From: Planctomycetota bacterium | GTDB taxonomy: Bacteria; Planctomycetota; UBA1135; UBA2386 | NCBI GenBank assembly: GCA_036160175.1 | Contig: JAYYEE010000227.1 | Coordinates: 1-37,341, forward strand | DNA: 37,341 nt | Direction: 5' to 3' | Shown here: one piece after another, positions 1 through 8,032 of the stretch | How the letters are laid out: every line of letters starts with the position of its first letter | Position numbering within the stretch: the stretch's first letter is position 1 | Notes under the pieces: model-generated | Told to the model about the DNA's origin: nothing | Database searches by the model: none | Seen by the model: the letters and a program-made list of their open reading frames with translations, nothing else | Position numbers and translations under genes: made by a program

Positions 1-1
1 G

Positions 2-625
2 ACCGCGCGCGCGGTCGTCGAGAGCGGGACGTTCCTAGAGGTCGTGGTGGCGCCGGCGGTCGACGCGGCGGCGATCGAAGAGCTGCAGAAGGCCAAGTGG
101 GGGCCGAACGTGCGCGTGCTCGATCTCGGCGGCGTGCCGGCGACGGGGCACGCGGCGGGCCTCGTCAGCCGTGAGGTGAGCGGCGGCTTCTTGCTGCAGA
201 CGGCCGACGTGCCGCCGCAGCCGCCGGCCCAAGAGGTCGCGACCAGCCGCGCGCCAGCAGACCACGAGCGAGTTGCCTTGGCGTTCGCCTGGACGGTCTG
301 CAAGCACGTCAAGTCCAACGCGATCGTGCTGGCGCGCTCGGCCGAGGACGGCGCGTGCTACACCGTGGGGATCGGGGCCGGACAGATGAGCCGGGTCGAC
401 TCTGCCAAGATCGCCGTCGACAAAGCCGGGGACGCGACCCAGGGCTGCGTGGTGGCGAGCGACGCGTTCTTCCCGTTCGCGGACGGAATGCTGGTCTGCG
501 CCGAGGCCGGCGCGACGGCGGTCATCCAGCCGGGCGGGAGCAAGCGCGACGCAGAGGTCGTCGCGGCTGCAGAGGAGCGCGGCATGGCGATGTGGATGAC
601 CGGACAGCGGCACTTCCGCCACTAA
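2..625 (+). CDS. purH: Bifunctional AICAR transformylase/IMP cyclohydrolase PurH, C-terminal part (5' end lies outside the window)
   Basis: The frame is open from nt 2 (..[10 protein letters not shown]..). The C-terminus ..[36 protein letters not shown] is the conserved PurH end. TAA at 623-625. Confidence 0.9.
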   Translation, partial: TARAVVESGTFLEVVVAPAVDAAAIEELQKAKWGPNVRVLDLGGVPATGHAAGLVSREVSGGFLLQTADVPPQPPAQEVATSRAPADHERVALAFAWTVCKHVKSNAIVLARSAEDGACYTVGIGAGQMSRVDSAKIAVDKAGDATQGCVVASDAFFPFADGMLVCAEAGATAVIQPGGSKRDAEVVAAAEERGMAMWMTGQRHFRH

Positions 626-633
626 CGCGACGG

Positions 634-1005
634 ATGGTGGCCCAAAAAGACATCCAGCGCGCGGCCGACGACGTGCTGCTCGGCGCGTCGATGCGGCAGG
701 TCGCAGACGAATTCCGCGAGCGGTTGATCGAGGACTTCGGGTTCCGCCCCGAAGAGGTCACGCAAGACACGTTCAAGGACGAGGTCGGGGCCTTCATGCG
801 CGCGTTGGCGCGGCATCTCGGGGACCGGCACGCGTCCGACGCGCGGGTGGGTGAGGCCTTGGAGACGTGGGTGCGCTTCAGCGACCACTATGAGGCCTGG
901 GACGCGCTGCTCGCGGGCGCCTTCGAGATCGAGGGGCGAGACGCGTTGATTCGGCGCGGCAGGATGCTCTTTCCGGGGCCGTTGACGCGGCACTGGGACG
1001 AATGA
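634..1005 (+). CDS. Hypothetical protein (123 aa, acidic, no family recognised)
   Basis: ATG at 634 lies 8 nt after the purH stop. GC3 bias is strong. The stop overlaps the yggS start (ATGA at 1002-1005), suggesting translational coupling. Confidence 0.55.
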   Translation: MVAQKDIQRAADDVLLGASMRQVADEFRERLIEDFGFRPEEVTQDTFKDEVGAFMRALARHLGDRHASDARVGEALETWVRFSDHYEAWDALLAGAFEIEGRDALIRRGRMLFPGPLTRHWDE

Positions 1006-1712
1006 GCGCGCGCGCAGGCAACTTCGAGCGAGTGCGGGCGAAGATCGCTGCAGCCTGCGCCGTCGCCGGCCGCGAGCCCTCCGAGGTCGAGCTGGTCGCC
1101 GTCAGCAAGCGACACCCGGCGGCTGCGGTCGCGGCGGCGTTGGCGACCGGGCAGCGAGTCTTCGGAGAGAACCGGGTGCAAGAGCTCAAGGTCAAGGCGT
1201 CTGACTTCGCGGGTGCCGAGGAGCGAGGCGGCGAAACGGGCGGCATCCAGTGGCACCTCATCGGTCCGCTGCAGACCAACAAGGTGCGCGACCTGCTGCG
1301 CGTCCCGGGCCTCGCGCTGCTTCACAGCTGTGACCGCCGCAAGCTCGCGGACGTGCTGCAGCAAGAGCTCGACCAGCGGGGAGAGCGGCTCGACGTGCTG
1401 CTGCAGGTAAACACAAGCGGCGAAGAGCAGAAGCACGGCTGCACCGTCGACGAAGCGCCTGCGTTGCTAAGCCACCTGCTCGAGCGCTGCCCCGCGCTCT
1501 CCGTGCGCGGCTTAATGGCGATGGGGCCGCTGCAAGGCAGCGCGCGCCAGGTCTTCGATCGCACCGCAGCGCTCCGTGACGACCTCCGCAGCCGCTCCGG
1601 GCTCGGCCTCGAGACGCTGAGCATGGGCATGTCGGGCGACCTCGGCGACGCGATCGCGGCGGGCTCGACCATGGTACGTGTCGGCACGGCGCTGTTCGGC
1701 CCTCGTGATTGA
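1002..1712 (+). CDS. yggS: YggS-family pyridoxal-phosphate homeostasis protein (PLPBP)
   Basis: Matches include LVAVSKRHP (PLP lysine), VFGENRVQE, WHLIGPLQTNKV, LLQVNTSGEEQKHG, LSMGMSGD and VRVGTALFG. Confidence 0.9.
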   Translation: MSARAGNFERVRAKIAAACAVAGREPSEVELVAVSKRHPAAAVAAALATGQRVFGENRVQELKVKASDFAGAEERGGETGGIQWHLIGPLQTNKVRDLLRVPGLALLHSCDRRKLADVLQQELDQRGERLDVLLQVNTSGEEQKHGCTVDEAPALLSHLLERCPALSVRGLMAMGPLQGSARQVFDRTAALRDDLRSRSGLGLETLSMGMSGDLGDAIAAGSTMVRVGTALFGPRD

Positions 1713-1743
1713 GCCTCGCCAGCGCGTGCTTTAGCGTTCGCGC

Positions 1744-2565
1744 GTGGCGACCAAGAAGGCAAGCGGCGACAAGGCCAAGAAGGGTGGCGCGAAGAAGGTC
1801 GCCAAGAAGGCGCAGAAGAAGGCGACCAAGCACCGTCGCCCAGCCGCGGCCGTCGTCGCGCCGCCCGCTGGACCGCCCCCGGCGCTCCCCGCCCTGCTCG
1901 CGCGGCTTGAGCGCGCAATACCGACGCCGCGTTGCGAGCTGGACCACCGCGACGGCTGGACGCTGTTGATCGCGACGATCCTCAGCGCGCAGAGCACGGA
2001 CAAGATGATCAACACGGTGACGCCGGCGCTGTTCGAACGCTGGCCGACCCCGGAGGCGCTCGCCTCTGCCCCGCGCGAGGAGGTCGAGCAGGCCGTGCAC
2101 CGGACCGGTTTTTTCCGAAACAAAGCCAAGGCGATCCAGGGCGCGAGCCTCGCGATCCACACCGAACACGGCGGCGAGGTTCCGCGTGACCTGGACACGC
2201 TGGTCAAGCTGCCGGGCGTCGCGCGCAAGACCGCCAACGTCGTGCTGGGCATCGCCTATGGGATCCCCTCAGGGATCGCCGTGGACACCCACGTGTCGCG
2301 GGTCAGTCAACGGTTGGCGCTGACCGCCGAGAAGAACCCCGAGAAGGTCGAGCGCGCGCTGTGCGAGCTGCTCGACCAAGATCAGTGGATCGGCACTGGT
2401 CACCGGATCCTGTTGCTCGGGCGCTACGTCTGCTTGGCGAAGAATCCAGACTGCGCCAACTGTCCGATCAACGAGCTGTGCCCGTCGCGCGCGGCTGATC
2501 CGCTCGGTCCGTGGGAAGATCGCGCTGCGCACAGCGCGGTGCTCGTCGACGCGCGCGGCGCGTGA
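1744..2565 (+). CDS. nth: Endonuclease III (Nth) with a Lys/Ala-rich, histone H1-like N-terminal extension
   Basis: GTG start. HhH-GPD core: LIATILSAQSTD, LPGVARKTANVVL, IAVDTHVSRV. 4Fe-4S motif C-x6-C-x2-C-x5-C in CLAKNPDCANCPINELC. The N-terminus is MATKKASGDKAKKGGAKKVAKKAQKKATKH followed by a Pro/Ala linker. Confidence 0.9.
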   Translation: MATKKASGDKAKKGGAKKVAKKAQKKATKHRRPAAAVVAPPAGPPPALPALLARLERAIPTPRCELDHRDGWTLLIATILSAQSTDKMINTVTPALFERWPTPEALASAPREEVEQAVHRTGFFRNKAKAIQGASLAIHTEHGGEVPRDLDTLVKLPGVARKTANVVLGIAYGIPSGIAVDTHVSRVSQRLALTAEKNPEKVERALCELLDQDQWIGTGHRILLLGRYVCLAKNPDCANCPINELCPSRAADPLGPWEDRAAHSAVLVDARGA

Positions 2566-2575
2566 GCCTATTAGC

Positions 2576-3490
2576 TCAGCGGCAGGCGGCGGCGAACTCG
2601 GTCGCAGCGCAGCGCCAAGTGCGGCGGCTGCCGGGGCGCGTCGCGCGCTTCGCGCGCAGCGCATGCGGGCGCGCCAACAGCTGCCGCAGGGCGCTCGCGA
2701 CGACGTCATCCGTTGCGTCGATCGGCAAGATCGTGCGCGCGTCCTCGTCACCGAAGCTGCGCAGCTCGCCTGTGTCGAGCCCCAGCAGCGGCAGCCCCGC
2801 GGCAGCCGCCTCTGCGGCGGCCATGCCGTAAGACTCGCTCGCGCTCAGGGTCGCGAACAGGTCGTGCTCGGCGTAGAGCTCGGCGAGTGCGGTAGGCTCG
2901 ACCGCCTCTCGGATCGTCACCGGCGCGCCCAGGGCCTCTCGCCGCAGAGCCTCTACAGCTTGTGGCGCCGCGGATGTGCTCCCGACGAGCGTCAGGCGCC
3001 ACGGAAGCGCCGCGCCGCGCAGGGCCGCGAGCAGTCGGCGCGGCCCCTTGGCCTCGGGCATGGTGCCGGCGCAGATGACCGCGGGGGTGTCGTCGCCGGC
3101 GCGCGCCCGCGGCGTGAAGCAGTCGTCGACGCCTGGCCGGACGAGCGCGACGGCGTCCACCGAGGCGCGCGCGGCCGCCGCCGTGCTCGCGCCCGTCGCG
3201 ATGGCGCGGCGCACGTCTGCGGCCCAACCAGCCAGCTTCGGCTGCGTGTGCAGCAGCGGGATGACCCCGGCCGGAAACGGCCGCGCGGTCAGCTCCGCGA
3301 ACCAGCCGTCGACTACCAGAGTGAGGCCTGGCGCCGCCTCCTGGAGGGTGCGCGCGTGTTGATGAAGATGCTCTGGCCGGACGGTCTCGCGCCGGGCGTC
3401 TGTGCCGAGCGCCGCCGTGATCTGCTCTTGGTAGCGGAACCCGCCCGAGATGAGCCCTGCTGGCCGCGGCGGCTCCAGCAGCGTGATCAC
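2576..3490 (-). CDS. Glycosyltransferase, GT4 (group 1) family
   Basis: C-terminal E-x7-E signature ESYGMAAAEAAAAGLPLL. I chose the GTG start at 3490 because it overlaps the upstream stop (GTGA at 3487-3490). The longer ORF to 3583 would overlap the upstream gene by about 100 nt. Confidence 0.75.
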   Translation of the reverse strand: MITLLEPPRPAGLISGGFRYQEQITAALGTDARRETVRPEHLHQHARTLQEAAPGLTLVVDGWFAELTARPFPAGVIPLLHTQPKLAGWAADVRRAIATGASTAAAARASVDAVALVRPGVDDCFTPRARAGDDTPAVICAGTMPEAKGPRRLLAALRGAALPWRLTLVGSTSAAPQAVEALRREALGAPVTIREAVEPTALAELYAEHDLFATLSASESYGMAAAEAAAAGLPLLGLDTGELRSFGDEDARTILPIDATDDVVASALRQLLARPHALRAKRATRPGSRRTWRCAATEFAAACR

Positions 3491-3882
3491 CCGATCGGCC
3501 CCTCGTAGCTGGCCCACGCGACGCGGCTCTCTTCGAGCGTCACCTTGAGGCCGCCGGTGAAGCGGTCGCCGAGCGCGGCGCATACTTGTCCGTGGACCCA
3601 GCGCGCGAGGAATTCGGTCGTCGTGTTCTGGCCAGAGAACTGCTCGAGGTCGTCGAGGTTGGTGAAGCGCAGCGGGTCAAGCACGGCCTTCAGCGTGTCG
3701 GTAGCGAGCCCGATGTCGATGACGATGCCGTCGGCGTCGACGTCTGCGGCCGCGTACTCGGTGATGACCTCGTAGGTCGCGCCGTGGAGGCGCTGCGCTG
3801 GGCCGAAGACCGCGCCCGACAGGCTGTGGGCGATCATCACGTGGTCTTTGACTGCGACTCTGAATGCGGCGGCGTTTGGCAT
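3487..3882 (-). CDS. 6-pyruvoyl-tetrahydropterin synthase/QueD-family protein, non-canonical active site
   Basis: 131 aa with the PTPS fold pattern: F.V.V....IAHSL ... RLHGATYEV ... VTLEES. The catalytic Cys, the second His of HGH and the Asp-His pair of canonical QueD/PTPS are absent (see findings). Confidence 0.75.
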   Translation of the reverse strand: MPNAAAFRVAVKDHVMIAHSLSGAVFGPAQRLHGATYEVITEYAAADVDADGIVIDIGLATDTLKAVLDPLRFTNLDDLEQFSGQNTTTEFLARWVHGQVCAALGDRFTGGLKVTLEESRVAWASYEGPIG

Positions 3883-3891
3883 GCGGTGATC

Positions 3892-4860
3892 TTATTCGTA
3901 AGCAAAGTGCGGGCAGAGAGCGTCGAGCTCGGATTGGTAGAGCGCGGCGAAGGTCTCGGGCGCGTCGAGGAACGGCGTCGGCGGTCCGATCAGGCGGTCG
4001 AGGTCGTCGTCGCAGAGCAGCGAGAGCACCGCGCGCGTCCGCGCTGCGTGGCCCTCCGCGCGACGGGCTCGCGCGACCGCGCCTACTTGCGACGCATGAA
4101 GCCGCTTTCGCTGCGAGTGGAACGCGCCGCCGAGCTGCAGCGACACGGCTTGGTCGCCGTGCCAAGACAGCTCTACGACGAGACCCTCAAAGCCGACGGC
4201 GTCGAGGGCGAGCTGTAGGCCTGCGCCGCTGGCGCTGGCGTGTAGCGCGTGGGTGAACGCCCCAGGCTCAACCTGTTCGGGGGCCGCTACGTCACGGACC
4301 CAGGGCAGCGCCGCGGCGAACGACCGTCGCTCGGGGTCGCGATCGACGACCAGCGCCGCAGGGCGGCCAAGGTCGCGAGCGAGGACGAACGCACACAGCA
4401 GCCCGACTGGCCCGGCCCCGATGACGACCGCCCGGTCGTCACCACTCAACTCGGCGTCCCAGACCGCGTTCCGCGCGGTCTCCAGGTTCGGGAACAACGT
4501 CGCCCTGGCGTCTGGAACCTCGTCCGGGAGCCAGACCAGCTCGTCGGATGGCGCCACGGCGCGCTGTTGGTGCGGCCGCATCAAGAACGCGCGCCGCCCG
4601 CGATCTGCGCCGGACGCGACGCGCCCGACGAAGCTGTAGCCATAGAGTAGGGGCAGCTCGAAGCTCCCCTGCATGCCGCGGCAAGCCATCTCGGCGTGCA
4701 GCGACGCCGGGACGCGCGCGAGCCCGACGAGACGCTCTGTGCCAGGGCTGACGCCGGTGCAGATCGCGTCGACGGCGACGGCGCCGGGGCCGAGCGGCGG
4801 GAGGTCTACGGCGCGCAGCGCGCCGTGGCCCGCCCGTTCGATCCAGTAGCCCAGGGTCAT
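3892..4860 (-). CDS. Medium-chain (MDR) alcohol dehydrogenase-family oxidoreductase, BchC/sorbitol-DH-like
   Basis: N-terminal GroES-like part with ICTGVSPGTE. Rossmann motif VVIGAGPVGLL. I chose the ATG start at 4860, which overlaps the upstream stop (ATGA at 4857-4860). An alternative GTG lies at 4875. Confidence 0.7.
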   Translation of the reverse strand: MTLGYWIERAGHGALRAVDLPPLGPGAVAVDAICTGVSPGTERLVGLARVPASLHAEMACRGMQGSFELPLLYGYSFVGRVASGADRGRRAFLMRPHQQRAVAPSDELVWLPDEVPDARATLFPNLETARNAVWDAELSGDDRAVVIGAGPVGLLCAFVLARDLGRPAALVVDRDPERRSFAAALPWVRDVAAPEQVEPGAFTHALHASASGAGLQLALDAVGFEGLVVELSWHGDQAVSLQLGGAFHSQRKRLHASQVGAVARARRAEGHAARTRAVLSLLCDDDLDRLIGPPTPFLDAPETFAALYQSELDALCPHFAYE

Positions 4861-5837
4861 GATCCGGGCCGGCACGTGAGCAGGATGTGCCCGTCGAGGA
4901 TCGCGTGGTCCATGCGCACGCGCAGCCCGTCGTCGACGTGCTCCACCGGCGGCAAGGAGAGGCTCGGCAAGCCAGCGCCGAGGATCATCGAGGCGATGTG
5001 CACCTGGAGCAGGTTGATCGCGCGCGCTTGCAGGAACGAGGAGAGCACGCCAGCCCCGCCTTCGAGGTAGACCGAGTAGATGCCGCGGTCTCGCAGCGCC
5101 GACAAGATCGCGGCCGGCGGCAGTCGTCCGTCGACGGCTTCCACGCGGTGCATGACGACTGCGACATTGGGCGGGGCGACGCCGCGCGAGCCTTCGACGA
5201 AGACCTCGCAGCCGGGCGCTGACATCAACGCGAGGTCGCGACCTTCGGTGATCGCGCGCCCGCGGCCGCTGACAACGACGCGGCGTGGGTCTGCCCCTTC
5301 GACGTGCCGGACGGTGAGCTTGGGGTCATCGTGGAGCGCGGTCGTCGCGCCGACCATGACCCCGTCAAGGAGCGCTCGCATCCGGTGAGAGTGATGCTGG
5401 TCGGCGGCGTTCCCGATCCACTGGGACTGTCCGTTCTCACAGGCGATCCGCCCGTCGAGGGTCTGGGTGACGTGGCCTGCGACGAAGCTCTCTCCGGCGC
5501 GCCGGGCGCGCGCCGCGCCGATCAAGATAGGGAGGTAGACGCGCGCGGCAGCGGCCAGCTCAGGTTCCAGAGCGGCCCCGGCTGGGACGTGGAACACGGG
5601 GAGGCCGTCAGGGTCGCTGCGGTAGACGGGGGCGCTGTCGTCTGCTTCGTCGAGGGAGCCTGGCGCAACCTCCACGAGCAGCGCGTCGACGCTGCCGCGC
5701 GCCATCGGCTCGGTGAGCGGCTCGCAGATCCACGCTCCTCTCCGCACGAACTGAACCGCGTCCACGTCGGACTCGAGGAGGCGCCGGGCTTGCAGGAAGG
5801 CAGGCCACGGCATGCTTTGAGAGAGGTCGCAGTGCAT
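4857..5837 (-). CDS. RibD C-terminal-domain (pyrimidine reductase/DHFR-like) protein with an N-terminal extension of about 115 aa and unknown function
   Basis: RibD_C pattern from about residue 117: HVTQTLDGRIA..G.SQWI..HSHRMRALLDGVMVGATTALHDDPKLTVR..PRRVVVS..YLEGGAGVLSSFL. There is no deaminase domain. An alternative start lies at 5813. Confidence 0.75.
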   Translation of the reverse strand: MHCDLSQSMPWPAFLQARRLLESDVDAVQFVRRGAWICEPLTEPMARGSVDALLVEVAPGSLDEADDSAPVYRSDPDGLPVFHVPAGAALEPELAAAARVYLPILIGAARARRAGESFVAGHVTQTLDGRIACENGQSQWIGNAADQHHSHRMRALLDGVMVGATTALHDDPKLTVRHVEGADPRRVVVSGRGRAITEGRDLALMSAPGCEVFVEGSRGVAPPNVAVVMHRVEAVDGRLPPAAILSALRDRGIYSVYLEGGAGVLSSFLQARAINLLQVHIASMILGAGLPSLSLPPVEHVDDGLRVRMDHAILDGHILLTCRPGS

Positions 5838-5983
5838 TCAGTCGGCCGTGGTCGCTGCGCGGCAGAGGGCGCGCATAAGTCTAGCCCGTCGAGGTGCTGA
5901 CGTCGCTGCTCCGAGCGCATGCGGAGCTTGGCGTTATTCCGCGGTCCCGCCCTGGCGCCGGACTGCCGCTGCCTGAGTGGGAT

Positions 5984-6694
5984 ATGCTACATATTGTGAT
6001 CTCCGCGAGCCTGACATCCTGGTCGCGCGTCCAAGCGGTGGCATGGGTCGCTGTGCTCATTTGGAGCGCGGCGGCTGTCGACCCGGAGTCGACGCGCGGC
6101 TGCGTGGCAGCAGGTGCCAGCGTGAGTCTGATGTCCTTGGCATGGGTCCTTCGCGCGCCGCGCACGGTCGCCGACGTCATTACATTGCTCCGCGCCGCGA
6201 TCGTCGTGGCGGTGCTCTGCGCGGCGCGGTGGCTCAGCGCGTCGGAGTGGTGGCTCTGGAGCCTGCTCGGCCTCGCGCTCGCAGGCGACCTGTTAGACGG
6301 AGCCGTCGCTCGAAGGCTCGGCGCGTCGCCGAACGGCGCGTCCTTGGACATGGAGTGCGACCAGCTGAGCGTGCTGGTGATGTCCTGGTTGGTTGTCGCG
6401 CGCGGCGGCTGCGTGCACGTGCTGCTGCTCCCCGCGATGCGCTACGCGTTTGTGCTCGCGGCCTGGGTCGCTTCGGTCCCAGCGAACAACCCGAAGCCGA
6501 TCAAAGGGGACAACGCCCGCGGTCGGGTGGTGTGCGCGATGGTGGTCGTGGCGCTCTTGTCGGCCCTCGCCCCGGCGACGTCGTTGGCGTTTGCAGATGT
6601 CCTGACTGGCGCAGCTGTCCTGCTCTTGTGCTGGTCGTTCGCGAGCGATTGGAGCTACCTGTTCGCGCGGCGTCGCGCGGAGGCCGGGACATGA
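5984..6694 (+). CDS. CDP-alcohol phosphatidyltransferase-family membrane protein
   Basis: Family motif D-G-x2-A-R-x7-G-x3-D-x3-D is present as DLLDGAVARRLGASPNGASLDMECD, and the protein has multiple hydrophobic helices. The start is uncertain: GTG 5894, ATG 5984 or ATG 6131. Confidence 0.75.
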   Translation: MLHIVISASLTSWSRVQAVAWVAVLIWSAAAVDPESTRGCVAAGASVSLMSLAWVLRAPRTVADVITLLRAAIVVAVLCAARWLSASEWWLWSLLGLALAGDLLDGAVARRLGASPNGASLDMECDQLSVLVMSWLVVARGGCVHVLLLPAMRYAFVLAAWVASVPANNPKPIKGDNARGRVVCAMVVVALLSALAPATSLAFADVLTGAAVLLLCWSFASDWSYLFARRRAEAGT

Positions 6695-7308
6695 GCGTCG
6701 CGGACTACGTCGTGCTCGCGTCCTACGTCACGCTGCTGCTGGAGATCGGGCTGTTCCCGATCGCGAGCGAAGCGAGCGCCGTGCAGCTTGTAGGCGGGCG
6801 CACGGAGTCGCGCGCCCCTGCGATGATGGCCGCCCGCGCGGCCCCGCTGCCGACGCGGCTGCTGCGCTATCTCCTGCCAACCGCGCTCTGTGTTTCGCTG
6901 TTTGTGCTACCGCCCCTGGCGGTGCTGTGGCCCGCGAGCCGCATGATCCTGGCGCCGTGGTCGGCGCCTTGGCTTGTCGCGCCCGGGGTCGCAGCCGTCG
7001 TCGTCGGTCGCGCGCTGACGTTCGGCTCCGTGTTGCAGCTGCGGGCGGCCAAGCGTCGCGACGAGCTCCCCACTGGCTGTTTCCGCCACTCTCGCAATCC
7101 AGGGCTGGTCGGGATGTTCCTGATGTACGCAGGGCTCTGTGCAGCCGTCGGCGGCCCTTGGCTGTGGCTCGGCGCGCCGCTGTACTTCCTCAATATGCAC
7201 GCGCGCGTGCGGCTCGAAGAGGCCGAACTATCGGTGCGCTTCGCAGGGTCCTGGCAGGACTACGAGCGCGCAGTCCCGCGTTACCTTCCGCTCCCGGGGC
7301 TGCGTTAA
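6691..7308 (+). CDS. Membrane methyltransferase of the ICMT/PEMT (isoprenylcysteine carboxyl / phospholipid methyltransferase) family
   Basis: ATG 6691 overlaps the upstream stop (ATGA). C-terminal signature HSRNPGLVGMFLMYAGL...LYFLNMHARVRLEEAELSVRFAGSWQDYERAVPRYLP, with about 4-5 TM helices. Confidence 0.75.
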   Translation: MSVADYVVLASYVTLLLEIGLFPIASEASAVQLVGGRTESRAPAMMAARAAPLPTRLLRYLLPTALCVSLFVLPPLAVLWPASRMILAPWSAPWLVAPGVAAVVVGRALTFGSVLQLRAAKRRDELPTGCFRHSRNPGLVGMFLMYAGLCAAVGGPWLWLGAPLYFLNMHARVRLEEAELSVRFAGSWQDYERAVPRYLPLPGLR

Positions 7309-7312
7309 CGCT

Positions 7313-8032
7313 GTGTCTGCTCCTCCCGTATCGCAAGCGGACGTCGCAGCTTGGTTTGACGCGACCTATCGAGACAAGGGGCTCGGCTACCTGCGCCCGC
7401 GTCGCGCCTATCCGATCTTCGTCCAGTTGTTGGGTCTACAGCCCGGGCAGCGGCACCTCGACGTGGCCTGCGGACCGGGTCACGTGTTGACGGCGGCGCG
7501 CGAACGCGGGCTGTTGACGAGCGGCGTTGACCTGTCTGAGGCGGCGATCGCCCTGGCTCGGAAGCTACACCCCGGCGTCGACGCGCAAGTCGGTAACGCA
7601 GAAGCGCTCCCGTACGAGGGCGCGTCGTTCGACGGCGTGACGTGCATCGGCTCGATCGAGCGCTTCTTGGACCGCGAGCGCGCGCTGCGCGAGATGGTTC
7701 GGGTGGCCAAAGAAACGGCGCGGTTCTGCTTCTTGGTCCGTAACGCGAACACGCTCACTTGGCGTCTTTGGCGGCAAGCGCTCGGCCGTCGCGAGGTCGC
7801 GGGCCACCAAGATGCGCAGACTATGGACGCGTGGCGCGCGCTGTTCGGGCGCTGCGGCCTCCGTGTCGCGCGCGTCTTGCCCGATCAGTGGCCGCGGCAG
7901 CGTTGGTGGCATCTGCTGCCCGGGCAGCGACCCCAGCCAGGCCGCGCGGAGCGGGTCGCGTCGGGGTGGTTGCCGCTGCGGTGGTGCAATGAGCTGATCT
8001 TCGTGCTGGAGCGCGAGCTTGGGCATGGCTGA
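7313..8032 (+). CDS. Class I SAM-dependent methyltransferase (Methyltransf_11-like)
   Basis: Motif I is HLDVACGPGHV. Post-I is GVDLSEAAIALAR, followed by FDGVTCIGSIERF. A GTG start 4 nt after the upstream TAA is assumed. Confidence 0.7.
   Translation: MSAPPVSQADVAAWFDATYRDKGLGYLRPRRAYPIFVQLLGLQPGQRHLDVACGPGHVLTAARERGLLTSGVDLSEAAIALARKLHPGVDAQVGNAEALPYEGASFDGVTCIGSIERFLDRERALREMVRVAKETARFCFLVRNANTLTWRLWRQALGRREVAGHQDAQTMDAWRALFGRCGLRVARVLPDQWPRQRWWHLLPGQRPQPGRAERVASGWLPLRWCNELIFVLERELGHG

Noticed and set aside
3491-3583. A longer start (3583) for the glycosyltransferase.
   Set aside because: It would overlap the PTPS-like gene by 97 nt with an Arg-rich leader. GTG 3490, with a GTGA overlap, matches the coupling pattern seen throughout the window.
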